Origin: Candidatus Paenalcaligenes intestinipullorum
GTDB taxonomy: Bacteria > Pseudomonadota > Gammaproteobacteria > Burkholderiales > Burkholderiaceae_B
Direction of reading: 5' to 3'
Assembly: GCA_019120675.1 (NCBI GenBank)
Contig: DWUQ01000152.1
Span: 1-62,692, forward strand
Length of the DNA stretch: 62,692 nt
Part shown: piece after piece, positions 51,238-62,692 of the stretch
How positions within the stretch are numbered: position 1 is the stretch's first letter
Layout of the letters: every line of letters starts with the position of its first letter
Notes under the pieces: generated by a model
What the model was told of the DNA's origin: nothing
The model's input: the letters and a program-made list of their open reading frames with translations, nothing else
Databases searched by the model: none
Position numbers and translations under genes: made by a program

Positions 51238-52104
51238 CTAGAACCAGTTAAGCGGGTTCCAGTAATTAACCTTGGTTTTTAGGCCGTTTTTCCAATACTC
51301 ACTGTTTGGGAAGTTTTCGTCCAGTACGCGCTTGGCGTCATCGCGCAGCTGGGTTTCTTCGAGCTTATCGTATGACAAGTACATAATGTACAACGCACGC
51401 TCTGCCACCGGCACGCCTTCAAAGTCGGTGATCACGCGCTGAGCACGGTTCACGGCTGCGACGTACGCACCACGTGAATAATAATACTCAGCCACATGGG
51501 CTTCGTTTTCGGCAATGGTGTTGACAAGCCAAGCGGCGCGCTTGCGGGCGTCATCAGCATAACGGCTATCCGGGTAGGTGGTAATGAGCTCGTTAAAGGC
51601 TTCGTAAGACTCGCGTAGACCACGTGGGTCGCGTTCGCTTGGGTCTTGGCGGGTAAACTGTGACAGCACGGCGCTAGGCGGGGTAAAGGTGACCAAGCCT
51701 TTTAGGTACAGCATGTAATCGCTGCCGGGATGGTTGGGGTATTGTTTTTGGAAGCGGTCAATCGCGGCCAAGGCTTGCTCGGGCTCTTCGTCGCGCCAGT
51801 TGATGTACGCTTGATCAATCAGTGATTGTTGTGCATAGGTACCAAAAGGATAGCGAGCTTCAATGGCTTCGAGGCGCGTACGGGCTGCATTCCAATTGCT
51901 GGCGTTCATTTCCTCGCGTGCGTCTTGGTAGAGGCGTTCGGCGGTCCAGCCCGTTGTGGGGTCAACCTCGGTTTTCGTAGAGCTACACCCCGCCATAAAC
52001 AGCGCAGCACTAATTGCTAATGTGGCGCCTGCTACACGCGCAGCCTTTGGGGAGTGGGAGAGTAGGTTAAAACGAATCACAAAAAGTATCCTTGGTGGTA
52101 GCAT
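51238..52104 (-). CDS. bamD: Outer membrane protein assembly lipoprotein BamD
   Basis: Lipobox-like MAGC, YPFGTYAQQ, YPNHP, VAAVNRAQ; divergent from rluD. Start uncertain. Confidence 0.93.
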   Translation of the reverse strand: MLPPRILFVIRFNLLSHSPKAARVAGATLAISAALFMAGCSSTKTEVDPTTGWTAERLYQDAREEMNASNWNAARTRLEAIEARYPFGTYAQQSLIDQAYINWRDEEPEQALAAIDRFQKQYPNHPGSDYMLYLKGLVTFTPPSAVLSQFTRQDPSERDPRGLRESYEAFNELITTYPDSRYADDARKRAAWLVNTIAENEAHVAEYYYSRGAYVAAVNRAQRVITDFEGVPVAERALYIMYLSYDKLEETQLRDDAKRVLDENFPNSEYWKNGLKTKVNYWNPLNWF

Positions 52105-52131
52105 TACAAATCGATTATATGATCTGTTGCT

Positions 52132-53094
52132 ATGCTTGACACAAATACCGAAAAAAATACTGAGTTTACCTTACCCATCACGCTACAACCTGAACGGTTG
52201 GATAAAGTGTTGGCGAAATTGTTACCCGAGCACTCACGCAGTCGCTTACAAGGTTGGATTGAGGCCGGGCACGTATACGTTAATGCGGTGGCGGTGACTC
52301 GTCAACGCCATGTCGTATTGCCTGGCGATAATATCACTGTCTATGAGCAGGCGTCACCCGAAGAGTTGGCGTTTGAACCCGAAGCGATCGACTTTCCTGT
52401 GGTCGCAGACACGCCGCAGTGGATTGTAGTCGATAAGCCGGCCGGCTTGGTGACCCATCCCGGAGCTGGAAACTGGTCGGGCACCTTATTAAATGGATTA
52501 TTACATCGCTACCCCGAGCTTAAAAACGTCGCCCGTGCGGGCATCGTGCATCGTTTGGATAAGCTCACCTCAGGCCTGATGGTGGTGGCACGCACCCCCG
52601 AAGCACAAACTCACTTGGTTCGTCAGCTCCAAGAGCGGAGCGTCAAACGCCATTATGCCGCACTGGTGCATGGCTTTACGCCATCCCAAGCGTCCATTGA
52701 GCTGCCTATTGGGCGCGACCCTCATGTACCCGTACGCATGGCCACCAACGGCTCGGCGGCACGCGCTGCGTTGACCCATTACCAAACACTGCGTCATGGC
52801 TTAGACCGCGAAGGGCGCGCTTACAGCGAGCTAGCTTGCCAACTGCATACGGGACGTACCCATCAAATTCGTGTGCACTTAGCCAGCCAGCAGCATCCCC
52901 TAGTTGGGGATGAGCTGTATGGCGGAAAATTAGTGCTGGGTGCGGAGCGGCAAATGCTTCATGCTCGGGCCTTGGCCTTCATCGATCCCGCCACCAATGA
53001 GTGGGTGGAGTTCGAGTCCCCCTTGCCAGCCGATATCACAGCGGTACAGGAAAGCATTGAATGGAAAACACAATTACTCCCCTCAGCGGGCTAA
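52132..53094 (+). CDS. rluD: 23S rRNA pseudouridine synthase D
   Basis: S4 domain, KPAGL..HPGAG, HRLDKLTSG and TGRTHQIRVH motifs. Confidence 0.93.
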   Translation: MLDTNTEKNTEFTLPITLQPERLDKVLAKLLPEHSRSRLQGWIEAGHVYVNAVAVTRQRHVVLPGDNITVYEQASPEELAFEPEAIDFPVVADTPQWIVVDKPAGLVTHPGAGNWSGTLLNGLLHRYPELKNVARAGIVHRLDKLTSGLMVVARTPEAQTHLVRQLQERSVKRHYAALVHGFTPSQASIELPIGRDPHVPVRMATNGSAARAALTHYQTLRHGLDREGRAYSELACQLHTGRTHQIRVHLASQQHPLVGDELYGGKLVLGAERQMLHARALAFIDPATNEWVEFESPLPADITAVQESIEWKTQLLPSAG

Positions 53095-53843
53095 GCTGGC
53101 CTAACGTACAGTATTTCAGTACCACGCGTGCGGGAGGCGTCAGTCAAGGTCCTTATCACAGCTTGAACCTAGGCAGTCACGTTGGCGATGATCCGGAAAG
53201 CGTCCAACAAAACCGTCAGCGGCTGACTCAGTTGTGTCCAGCCGAGCCCTTATGGTTAGAGCAAGTACACGGTATCGTAGCGGTAGACGCTGATCAAACA
53301 GAGGAATCGACACCCATTGCGGATGCAGCCGTCACCACACAACGCAATCGTCCACTGGTCGTTTTAACGGCCGACTGTCTGCCTGTGGTGTTGAGTGATG
53401 AGGCGGGTTCGGTGCTGGGTGTGGCCCACGCGGGATGGCGTGGGCTTGCACAAGGGGTTTTACAGTCGACGATTACCCTCATGCGTCAAAAACAGCCTCA
53501 GCTGCAACGCTTGCGGGCGTGGATCGGCCCCGCGATCAGTCAAAAGAATTTTGAAGTCGGGGCTGAGGTGCGCCATACCTTTTTGCAAGTGGACCCAAGT
53601 TTAGCTATGTATTTTGTGGCCACCGGCCACAATGACAAACATCTAGCAGACCTACCCAGTATTGCCCGTCATCTTTTAATAAACACCTATGGTGAAAAGA
53701 TCGAGGTGGCATTAAGTGGTGAATGCACCTTCGAGCAAAACGAACGCTATTATTCCTATCGGCACAGCCCTGTTACGGGGCGCTTGGCGACGGTGGCGTG
53801 GTTAACTTACTGTCCTAGTGATAAAGGATCAAGAGGTGAATAG
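53061..53843 (+). CDS. pgeF: Peptidoglycan editing factor / YfiH-family protein
   Basis: LNLGSHVGDD, QVHG, TADCLPV, HAGWRG and YSYR motifs. Confidence 0.93.
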   Translation: MENTITPLSGLSWPNVQYFSTTRAGGVSQGPYHSLNLGSHVGDDPESVQQNRQRLTQLCPAEPLWLEQVHGIVAVDADQTEESTPIADAAVTTQRNRPLVVLTADCLPVVLSDEAGSVLGVAHAGWRGLAQGVLQSTITLMRQKQPQLQRLRAWIGPAISQKNFEVGAEVRHTFLQVDPSLAMYFVATGHNDKHLADLPSIARHLLINTYGEKIEVALSGECTFEQNERYYSYRHSPVTGRLATVAWLTYCPSDKGSRGE

Positions 53844-53882
53844 CGTTACGATGGTAATCGGGTTAAATGCCCGTATGTACGT

Positions 53883-53919
53883 AAAAAAGCCCCGAATGTG
53901 CATACATTCAGGGCTTTTT
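53883..53919. terminator. Terminator between pgeF and tRNA-fMet
   Basis: A6-GCCCCGAATGT / ACATTCAGGGC-T5. Confidence 0.7.
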
Positions 53920-53924
53920 AAATA

Positions 53925-54001
<77 letters not shown>

Positions 54002-54012
54002 TCAGATCTATA

Positions 54013-54041
54013 ATTAAACACCATTTCCGCTAGCGTGTCAA
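54013..54041 (-). promoter_or_regulatory. sigma-70 promoter of tRNA-fMet copy 1
   Basis: TTGACA-N17-TTTAAT. Confidence 0.6.
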
Positions 54042-54139
54042 GCTTTGTCGGAAATGGTGTCGAAGGGCTGAGTGTTTGTACCGTATGCCTCTTGCAACCT
54101 CAGTAGGCAGTTAGACCTCTTGCTGAGGTCGACTAATGC

Positions 54140-55420
54140 TTACATTCCCAATAAATTGGGTAACCCGAGGGACACAATCGGCACATAAGTGATCACCACC
54201 AAGAAGGTCAACAAGATCATCAACCAAGGTAGCGCAGCACGAATGACCCGATCAATCGGCATGCCGGTGACGGCAGACGTCACAAACAAGTTCAAGCCCA
54301 CAGGCGGAGTGATCAAGCCAATTTCCATGTTCACCACCATAATCACGCCTAAGTGAACGGGGTCGATACCGAGCTCCAGACCGATGGGGAAGAGAATCGG
54401 TGCCAAGATCAGGATAATGGCCGAGGGCTCCATAAAGGCCCCAGCAATCAGCAGTACGATGTTGACCACTAACAAGAACATCCAAGGCTCTAAACCGGCC
54501 TCAATCACCCATTGGGTAATTTGCTGGGGGATTTGTTCGGTAGTCAGTACGTGTGCAAACAGCATGGCGTTGGCGATGATAAACATCAACATGATGCTGA
54601 TCTTGGCGGAGTCGAGAATGACCTTGGGCACTTCCGCAAGGGTCATGTCTTTATAAATAAAGATCGCCACGAACGCCGAATACACTGCTGCTACGGCTGC
54701 GGCCTCGGTGGGGGTAAACATACCGGAGTAAATCCCCCCCAAGATAATAAAGATCAGCAACAAACCCCAAATGGCTCGACGTGCTGTGGCGAGCCATTCG
54801 CGTACGGTCACCCGGGGTAGGGCAGGGAGGTTTTTCTTGACGGCAATGATGTAGATCACCACCATCAAGCTGACCCCAAGCAAAATACCCGGCATCACAC
54901 CCGCCATGAACAGCTTGCCTAGCGAGGTCTCGGTCGCGGCGGCAAACACCACCATCACAACCGAAGGCGGAATCAGAATCCCTAACGTACCGGCGTTGGT
55001 CACAATCCCAGCGGCAAATTCTTTGGGGTAGCCTGAGCGCACCATGCCGGCAATCGCAATCGAACCCACAGCCGCAACCGTGGCGGGGCTGGAGCCGGAT
55101 AGGGCGGCAAACAACATACACGCGAGCACCGAACCAATCGCTAAGCCACCGCGAATATGACCCACACATGCGTTGGCAAAGTCAATTAAGCGCCGTGCCA
55201 CACCGCCAGTGGTCATGAACGAACCAGCCAGCAAGAAAAATGGAATGGCAAGCAAGGTATAGTGCTCGCTGGTTTCAAACAGCTTGATGGCCAAGGAGCG
55301 AACGGAGTCTTGGCTAAACAGCATAATGGTTGTTGAGCCAGCTAGGCCGAGCGAAATTGCAACCGGTACGCCAATAAACATCAGCCCAAAAAGCGATGCG
55401 AATAAAAACAATATGGTCAT
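54140..55420 (-). CDS. dctM: C4-dicarboxylate TRAP transporter, large permease
   Basis: LLAIPFFLLAG, SGSSPATVAA, GILIPPS and ITPPVGLNLF motifs. Confidence 0.95.
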   Translation of the reverse strand: MTILFLFASLFGLMFIGVPVAISLGLAGSTTIMLFSQDSVRSLAIKLFETSEHYTLLAIPFFLLAGSFMTTGGVARRLIDFANACVGHIRGGLAIGSVLACMLFAALSGSSPATVAAVGSIAIAGMVRSGYPKEFAAGIVTNAGTLGILIPPSVVMVVFAAATETSLGKLFMAGVMPGILLGVSLMVVIYIIAVKKNLPALPRVTVREWLATARRAIWGLLLIFIILGGIYSGMFTPTEAAAVAAVYSAFVAIFIYKDMTLAEVPKVILDSAKISIMLMFIIANAMLFAHVLTTEQIPQQITQWVIEAGLEPWMFLLVVNIVLLIAGAFMEPSAIILILAPILFPIGLELGIDPVHLGVIMVVNMEIGLITPPVGLNLFVTSAVTGMPIDRVIRAALPWLMILLTFLVVITYVPIVSLGLPNLLGM

Positions 55421-56064
55421 GGCTGTTGCTCCGTCTCTGCAACGCTGAGTTTGGCAGCATCAGCGGCTTCGTCAATAAGGCCTAGGCCAATTTGACCTTG
55501 TGCCACAATCGCATACAGTATTTGCAAATAACGAATAAAGGTCATCAAGAAACCAAAGGGTACAATTAGGCCGATGTACCATTGCTTAATGCCATATTGG
55601 CCCAAGTCGTCAGCACCAATGTTGGCGTGAGCCAAGGTGGTAATCCACTCAATGCTGGCGATGGACAAAAAGCCCGCGTAGCCCAAACACGCCAAGCAGG
55701 CGATCAGGCCGATCCAGCGTTGTCGTGTGGGGGAAGCCAGTTTGACTAAAGCATCGACCCCAATATGACCCCCAATGCGTACGCCATAGGCGATACCAAA
55801 AAAGATCAACCAAGCAAAGAGGGCTTTGGTCAGGGCATTGCTCCAAGTCATGGCTTGAGCCATGTCTAAAATAAAGTCACCCATATCAAAAGACAGCTCA
55901 GATAGGGTTTCACTGAGATTCGCCAGCAGATCGCCAAAATAGTAAAACACACTATAAAGGTTGTTGAGCATGACGTAGATGAAGGTGATCAAGGTCATGG
56001 CCGCAAGCAGCACGACGATGAAGGTTTCTTCGAGACGATTCCACAGATGGGCTAAGGCTTGCAT
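55417..56064 (-). CDS. dctQ: TRAP transporter, small permease
   Basis: WSNALTK..FAWLIFFG...GHIGVD; GGAG RBS before ATG 56064; ATGA overlap with dctM. Confidence 0.92.
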   Translation of the reverse strand: MQALAHLWNRLEETFIVVLLAAMTLITFIYVMLNNLYSVFYYFGDLLANLSETLSELSFDMGDFILDMAQAMTWSNALTKALFAWLIFFGIAYGVRIGGHIGVDALVKLASPTRQRWIGLIACLACLGYAGFLSIASIEWITTLAHANIGADDLGQYGIKQWYIGLIVPFGFLMTFIRYLQILYAIVAQGQIGLGLIDEAADAAKLSVAETEQQP

Positions 56065-56186
56065 CAGCAAACTCCTTGAGCCGGTGGGCAAGAGAGTGCG
56101 CACATAGGTCTAGCTTCGATAAAGCAAAGAGAAAACAACGTCCTCATGCCACCGGGTAGGCGGCATGGGGGCAAGGAATGGAGAGC

Positions 56187-57209
<1,023 letters not shown>

Positions 57210-57451
57210 TCAAAAAAACAGCAACGCAGTATAAAAAAATTGTGATAGCTATTGTAAGGATTTTTATACATTACCCACTGATAAATGTCAGTAAGGCTTT
57301 ACCTGCATTTTTGGAAAGTGGGCGGAGCGTTGCTAAGTCAGTTTTTTATTATTGGTAGTTAGTGCCCGAGCGCGCGCTGTGGTTAGTGGGAGTAATGACC
57401 AACTTATGGAGTGCAGCCCATCAATGACGTTGAGCCTGATCAACCGCGCAT

Positions 57452-57481
57452 AAAAAAAGCCCCGCAGATGCGAGGCTTTTT
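57452..57481 (-). terminator. Terminator of tRNA-fMet copy 2
   Basis: A7-GCCCCGCA-GA-TGCGAGGC-T5. Confidence 0.7.
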
Positions 57482-57486
57482 GAATT

Positions 57487-57563
<77 letters not shown>

Positions 57564-57574
57564 TCAGAAAAAAT

Positions 57575-57603
57575 ATAGTAACCTTATGAGCATCATAATG
57601 CAA
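57575..57603 (-). promoter_or_regulatory. sigma-70 promoter of tRNA-fMet copy 2
   Basis: TTGCAT-N17-TACTAT. Confidence 0.55.
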
Positions 57604-57626
57604 GCCTTTCTGGTAAACTACAACAA

Positions 57627-58241
57627 ATGACTGAAAATGAGGCTTTAAAAATACTCGAAGCCGCTTTATTATGTAGCCAGCAGCCACTTAGTCTGGCTCA
57701 CATGCGACAATTATTTCTAACATCAGAGCTTTCCACCGAGGATCTACGGCGTTATTTAGCCCTGCTACAACTCGACTGGAAGGATCGCGGTCTGGCGTTA
57801 GTGTCGTCAGCCTCGGGCTGGCGTTTTCAAAGTCGTCCTTCCATGCAGCCTTATTTGGCGCGCCTGAATCTCGAACGGCCCCCTCGTTACTCACGAGCGG
57901 TGATGGAAACTTTAGCCATTATTGCGTGGCGCCAACCGGTTACTCGCGGTGATATCGAAGAAATTCGCGGGGTTGGTGTTTCCACGCAAATTATTCGCAC
58001 TCTCGAAGACCGCCAATGGATTGAAGTCTTTGGCTATCGCGATGCACCTGGACGGCCCGCTTTATTTCGTACTACCAAACGGTTTTTAGACGACTTAGGA
58101 CTACGCTCTTTGCAAGATTTGCCAGCACTAGAAGACGCTGAGGTGGCCGTGCATGCCTTGGCTGCTCATGTATCTGAGCCTGAGTCCAACAAACAGGAAG
58201 GCGCCATTCAGCCGCCTTCCTTACAACAAAAAGATTCTTAG
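57627..58241 (+). CDS. scpB: SMC-Scp complex subunit ScpB
   Basis: LEAALL, ETLAIIAWRQPVTRGDIEEIRGV, and PGRP...TT..FL..LGL..L..LP. Confidence 0.95.
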   Translation: MTENEALKILEAALLCSQQPLSLAHMRQLFLTSELSTEDLRRYLALLQLDWKDRGLALVSSASGWRFQSRPSMQPYLARLNLERPPRYSRAVMETLAIIAWRQPVTRGDIEEIRGVGVSTQIIRTLEDRQWIEVFGYRDAPGRPALFRTTKRFLDDLGLRSLQDLPALEDAEVAVHALAAHVSEPESNKQEGAIQPPSLQQKDS

Positions 58242-58262
58242 TAATTAAGGAGTAGTTTTTCC

Positions 58263-59879
58263 ATGACGGATACCCAAGATCCAGGCGCTGCCCACACAGC
58301 GGATGCGGAGGGCAGTCCTTCCGCACCGCGTGGGCGTGGACGTAAGTTGCGCACCCCTTTTCGTCGGCGCCGCGGAGACGAGTCTCATACTCGGTCGACT
58401 CGTGCCGCTAAGCCTGCTGCAGAAAGTGTGGTGGCCGCTACCGAAGCCACTGAGGTGCGCGCTGGACACAAAAAGTCAGAACGTCGTCGCAAAAGCCCTC
58501 ACAAATCTACAGCCCCCCAAGAGCGCACCTCTGCGCAATCTCGTGGTCGTAAATCCGCTTCTAAGGCACCGGCTTATGACGAGCAAGATACTGATTTGGC
58601 CTTAGCCCACTTAGAGCGTAGCGCCAAAACTAGTCAGCGTTTGGGGAAGTTTCTAAGTAGCGATTTAGTGCAGCCCAAGTTGCATAAGGTATTGGCCGAC
58701 GCGGGTATTGGCTCGCGTCGTGAGATGGAGGAGCTCATTGTGGCGGGGCGTGTTTCCGTCAATGGCGAACCGGCTCATATTGGGCAGCGCGTCGGTCAAG
58801 ATGATCAAGTGCGCGTTAATGGTCGTTTAATAAACCGCCCTAATATCAACCGTATGCCGCGTGTGGTGCTCTACCATAAGCCAGCTGGTGAAATCGTTAG
58901 CCACGATGATCCCGAGGGGCGCGATACGGTGTTTGCACGTTTGCCGCGTATTCGAGCAGGCAAATGGATTTCGATCGGCCGTTTAGATTTAAACACCGAA
59001 GGTCTGCTTATCTTCACCAACTCCGGTGACTTAGCCAATCGTTTGATGCATCCTCGATATGGTGCAGAGCGAGAGTACGCGGTTCGTGTGTTGGGCGAAC
59101 TGGGCGACGAGCAAATCAAGCAGCTGCGCGAGGGTATCCAGCTTGAAGACGGTCCGGCCAAATTTGGTGAGTTTGAATTTTTAGGTGGCGAAGGCAGCAA
59201 TCGTTGGTATCGAGTCACCATACACGAGGGACGCAACCGCGAGGTGCGGCGTATGTTCGACGCAGCAGGCGTGGTGGTCAGTCGTTTAATTCGTACACGC
59301 TTTGGCGAAGTGGTGTTGCCGCGTAATTTACGGCGTGGTCGTTGGGAGGAGCTCGACAACGACACCGTTGCTGCGCTGATGATGCGTATCGGTTTGCTGC
59401 GCGACCAAGACAGCACAGCCAAAGGCCAAGCCAAACGAGGTCGTCGTGGTCAGCCCCTTAGCCATGACAGTGCGTTGCCTCCTGGTTTTAGTGATCCGAG
59501 CCAACACCCACGTCGTTGTGGTGGCCGAGCAGGTGGGGCGGCTATTAATCCTTTAGCAACTACAGGCTTATTAATTAGTGGTGGCTTAGCGAATGGGCAT
59601 CCTGACGCGGGGCGCAAAGACACCCGCAAGCCTGCTCCCAAGCGAGGTGGGCGAGCGGGGGCGGCTGTAGAGCGCACCAAAGACGGGCATGCTACGCGTA
59701 GTGGCCGATTTGCTGAGGGTGGTGGCGCCGGGCGTGGGAATGCCGAACGTCGTGGCGTACCTGGAAAGCGTAGTGAGGGGCCACGTCGAGAGCGTGCCCG
59801 CGCCCGTGATGACTGGCAGCCTCGTGATTCGAATGCGCATGAGTCTAAGTTGGCACGAGTAGGGCCTGGTCGTCGCTAA
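58263..59879 (+). CDS. rluB: 23S rRNA pseudouridine synthase B with long Arg-rich tails
   Basis: KLHKVLA..G.GSRR S4 domain, [10 protein letters not shown] and EGRNREVRR; follows scpB. Confidence 0.92.
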   Translation: MTDTQDPGAAHTADAEGSPSAPRGRGRKLRTPFRRRRGDESHTRSTRAAKPAAESVVAATEATEVRAGHKKSERRRKSPHKSTAPQERTSAQSRGRKSASKAPAYDEQDTDLALAHLERSAKTSQRLGKFLSSDLVQPKLHKVLADAGIGSRREMEELIVAGRVSVNGEPAHIGQRVGQDDQVRVNGRLINRPNINRMPRVVLYHKPAGEIVSHDDPEGRDTVFARLPRIRAGKWISIGRLDLNTEGLLIFTNSGDLANRLMHPRYGAEREYAVRVLGELGDEQIKQLREGIQLEDGPAKFGEFEFLGGEGSNRWYRVTIHEGRNREVRRMFDAAGVVVSRLIRTRFGEVVLPRNLRRGRWEELDNDTVAALMMRIGLLRDQDSTAKGQAKRGRRGQPLSHDSALPPGFSDPSQHPRRCGGRAGGAAINPLATTGLLISGGLANGHPDAGRKDTRKPAPKRGGRAGAAVERTKDGHATRSGRFAEGGGAGRGNAERRGVPGKRSEGPRRERARARDDWQPRDSNAHESKLARVGPGRR

Positions 59880-60209
59880 GGCGACCGGTTTTTAAACGAG
59901 AGTAGTCAGCATTAAGCCAAGGGTTTTATCGTCTTTGTGCTGATTGCTCAGATTTACACTACGGTAAATTATAAATCTCTGTTAGAATATGGGGCTTAGC
60001 ACGGTAACAACGTTATTTCTGTCTAGTCAGATACTTACCGAGTCCTAGTACGCTAACTGAGGTTTTGATGTGAACATCCACTAACCCGTACGGAAGTTTT
60101 TAGTACCTTCGCAGTTGCTTTGCAGCTGGGCGGTAGCTAGGAGTTGATAATGGTTTTGTGCCATTGGGCAAAGTCTGACTACAGTAGGCTTTGGTTGGCA
60201 CAATAACAG

Positions 60210-60236
60210 TGGGCTGGCTAACAGCCCATTTTTTTT
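60210..60236 (+). promoter_or_regulatory. rimP leader hairpin with U tract
   Basis: TGGGCTG-GCTAA-CAGCCCA-T8 ending 7 nt before the rimP ATG. Confidence 0.6.
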
Positions 60237-60243
60237 GGATTTT

Positions 60244-60735
60244 ATGGCTGATATATTCGCTTTGACACAACAGGCCTTGGCTGGCACTGATATCGAACTC
60301 GTCGAGGTTGAGTGGGCACCGCGTGGTGTACTGCGAGTGGTAATTGATCATCCTCAAGGGGTATCTATTGATCACTGTGAAAATGTTTCCAAGCAGCTTT
60401 CACGCGTGTTCGAGGTCGAGAACATCGACTACGCCCGTCTCGAGGTCTCCTCTCCCGGAGTGGACCGACCCTTGCGACGTATTGGTGATTTTGTTCGATT
60501 TTCTGGCCATCGGGTTGAGCTACGTTTTCACGAGGCGGTGGAAAACCAAAAAGTATTTGTGGGTGTGCTAATTGCTCCCGACGAGGCGTCGGTCGAAGCT
60601 GTTGATCCCGATACACAGTTTGTGCTCGAGCTTGAGCAAACCTCTGGTGGTGTCAAAGATCTCAGCTTTACTTTCGACGAAGTAGACCGTGCCAAATTAG
60701 ATCCTGTACTTGATTTCAAGGGTAGAAAGCGATGA
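60244..60735 (+). CDS. rimP: Ribosome maturation factor RimP
   Basis: LRVVID...CENVS and [12 protein letters not shown] motifs; ATG 60244. Confidence 0.95.
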   Translation: MADIFALTQQALAGTDIELVEVEWAPRGVLRVVIDHPQGVSIDHCENVSKQLSRVFEVENIDYARLEVSSPGVDRPLRRIGDFVRFSGHRVELRFHEAVENQKVFVGVLIAPDEASVEAVDPDTQFVLELEQTSGGVKDLSFTFDEVDRAKLDPVLDFKGRKR

Positions 60736-62216
60736 GTCGCGAAATTCTTTTATTAGTCGATGCTTTGGCGCGTGAAAAGGGCGTCGAGCCAGAAGTCGTG
60801 TTTGGTGCGCTCGAGGGTGCGTTAGCCTCTGCCATGAAGCGACGCTTCGAAGAGGATGCGGACATCCGTGTCTCAGTCAACCGCTCTACCGGCGAGCACG
60901 AAGGGTTTCGACGTTGGTTAGTCGTGCCGGACGAAGCGGGCCTCCAAGAGCCTGATCGCCAAGAGATGTACAGCGACGCCATCGAGTTTGCTCCCGATGT
61001 ACAGGTGGGCGATTACATCGAAGAGCCGCTCGAGCCAGTCGAGTTTGGACGTATCGGCGCTCAAGCCGCCAAGCAAGCCATCTTGCAACGTATCCGTGAT
61101 GCCGAGCGCGAGCAAGTCCTTGATGACTTCCTAGAGCGTGGGGAAACCATCGTATCAGGTACGGTCAAGCGCATTGACAAAGGCGATGCCATTATTGAAA
61201 TGGGCAAAATCGAAGCCCGTCTGCCGCGCAGTGAAATGATCCCACGCGAAAATATTCGCATGGGTGACCGTGTCCGTGCTTGGGTGCAGCGTATTGACCG
61301 CAGCGCACGCGGACAGCAGGTTATTTTATCGCGTACGGCTCCTGAGTTTATTCGAGAGCTTTTCGAAAATGAAGTGCCCGAAATCGAGCAAGGCTTATTG
61401 GAAATTAAAGCCGCAGCCCGCGATGCCGGTGTGCGTGCCAAGATAGCGGTGATTGCTTATGATCAGCGTATTGATCCAATTGGTACATGTGTAGGTATGC
61501 GTGGTTCGCGTGTTACCGCTGTACGCAATGAGCTTGGTGGTGAGCAAGTCGATATCGTGCTTTGGGCCGAGGATCCAGCCGAGTTTGTGATTGGTGCCTT
61601 AGCGCCAGCACATGTGCAGTCTATTTTAGTAGACGAAGACCGACATGCCATGGACGTGGTGGTGGACGCCGAAAACTTACCCAAAGCCATTGGTGCACGT
61701 GGGCAAAACGTTCGCCTTGCCTCTGAGCTAACCGGGTGGCAAATCAACATCATGACTCCCGAAGAAAATCAAAACCGTCAAGAGGAAGAGCGCCGCGAGC
61801 TACTGGATATGTTTGTCCAGCGTTTGGATGTAGACGAAGACTTAGCGAACATTCTGATCGACGAAGGCTTTACTGGTCTCGAAGAGGTCGCTTATGTGCC
61901 CATCCAAGAGCTGCTCGATATCGAAGAGTTCGACGAGGACACCGTAAATGAGCTGCGTACACGTGCTCGTAATACGTTGCTTTCCGAGGCCATCGCCCAA
62001 GAAGAGCTGGTGCAATCTGTAGCGCCCGAACTTCAAGAGCTCGAAGGCGTTACCCCTGATATCTTGGCGAAGCTCGCCGAAAAAGAAATCACAACGCTGG
62101 ATGATTTGGCCGAATTGGCCACCGATGAGCTTGCTGAGCTCAGCGGTTTGGATACCGAAGCGGCCAGTGAGCTGATTATGCGTGCCCGAGCACATTGGTT
62201 TGATGATGAAAACTAA
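60732..62216 (+). CDS. nusA: Transcription termination/antitermination factor NusA
   Basis: [12 protein letters not shown]1 and KH domains ([21 protein letters not shown]), and acidic C-terminal repeats. Confidence 0.98.
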   Translation: MSREILLLVDALAREKGVEPEVVFGALEGALASAMKRRFEEDADIRVSVNRSTGEHEGFRRWLVVPDEAGLQEPDRQEMYSDAIEFAPDVQVGDYIEEPLEPVEFGRIGAQAAKQAILQRIRDAEREQVLDDFLERGETIVSGTVKRIDKGDAIIEMGKIEARLPRSEMIPRENIRMGDRVRAWVQRIDRSARGQQVILSRTAPEFIRELFENEVPEIEQGLLEIKAAARDAGVRAKIAVIAYDQRIDPIGTCVGMRGSRVTAVRNELGGEQVDIVLWAEDPAEFVIGALAPAHVQSILVDEDRHAMDVVVDAENLPKAIGARGQNVRLASELTGWQINIMTPEENQNRQEEERRELLDMFVQRLDVDEDLANILIDEGFTGLEEVAYVPIQELLDIEEFDEDTVNELRTRARNTLLSEAIAQEELVQSVAPELQELEGVTPDILAKLAEKEITTLDDLAELATDELAELSGLDTEAASELIMRARAHWFDDEN

Positions 62217-62301
62217 TGCTGCACTGTGCGGGCAGACTTGCTTTGTCCGCACACCATAGGGGTTAAAGTTTATTAGAAAAATCGTTGTAAGAGAGAGTCG
62301 A

Positions 62302-62692
62302 ATGCCGAGTATTACAGTCGCCCAGTTTGCTGATGAAATTAAGTTACCTGCTCAAACCGTACTTGAGCAGTTGCGTGCTGCTGGGGTAGAGCTTAAGTCG
62401 GTGAACGATTCCGTCACCGAGGCTGATAAAGCAAAATTGATGGAATCTTTACGCCGTTCCCGCGGCGGTAACGAGAGCAACAAGCTAACTCTTACACGTC
62501 GCAAAACTTCCGAAATTCGTCAAGCGGATGGTTCAGGTCGCTCGCGTACGATCCAGGTCGAAACGCGTAAACGTCGTGTGTTTGTCAAGCGTGACACCAG
62601 CGAATTAGCGGCTGAAGCCGCTAAGGCAGCTAAGGCCGAGGCTGAGCAACAAGCGAGCAGCGCGGCCCAGCCAACTGCTGCGAGTCACAATG
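62302..62692 (+). CDS. infB: Translation initiation factor IF-2, N-terminal part (runs off the window)
   Basis: Read by hand: MPSITVAQFADEIK...LEQLRAAGV...KLTLTRRKTSEIRQADGSGRSRTIQVETRKRRVFVKRD; follows nusA. Confidence 0.95.
   Translation, partial: MPSITVAQFADEIKLPAQTVLEQLRAAGVELKSVNDSVTEADKAKLMESLRRSRGGNESNKLTLTRRKTSEIRQADGSGRSRTIQVETRKRRVFVKRDTSELAAEAAKAAKAEAEQQASSAAQPTAASHN

Noticed and set aside
57627-58241. scpB without an adjacent scpA
   Set aside because: The scpB-rluB-rimP order with scpA elsewhere is, as far as I know, normal in Burkholderiales.
58263-59879. Long Arg/Gly-rich tails on RluB
   Set aside because: Low-complexity basic extensions are common in betaproteobacterial RluB; no repeat structure was seen.

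Overview
Chromosomal window of a betaproteobacterium, most likely Alcaligenaceae (inferred from gene order and protein style, not from a search). About 1-13.5 kb is accessory: a protein-tyrosine phosphatase, DUF3108, DUF4142, a DMT transporter, an intact gadB-gadC glutamate-dependent acid-resistance pair, an acyltransferase-3, pseudogene debris beside tRNA-Arg(ACG), wrbA and a divergent adenine/guanine deaminase pair. The rest is largely core: a peptide ABC operon, DUF2863-earP-efp, the TCA cluster (acnB, mdh, GntR/SdhR, sdhCDAB-sdhE, gltA, maeB, sucA-sucB-lpdA-zapE), trpS, tex, a DinG-family helicase, bamD-rluD-pgeF, a dctPQM TRAP operon between two initiator tRNA-Met genes, and scpB-rluB-rimP-nusA-infB (partial). 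The main points of interest are: (1) gltA is split by one in-frame TAA at a conserved Tyr; (2) the N-terminus of a sigma-54 (rpoN) gene and the C-terminal part of a sigma-54 activator, both missed or only partly caught by the ORF track, meet head-on at an apparent deletion scar; (3) an identical 21-bp palindrome lies upstream of acnB and between mdh and gntR; (4) a sucA RNA motif; (5) dctPQM is flanked by two compensatorily diverged tRNA-fMet genes. I saw no CRISPR array, integrase, transposase or phage gene, and I cannot claim a confidently new multi-gene system.
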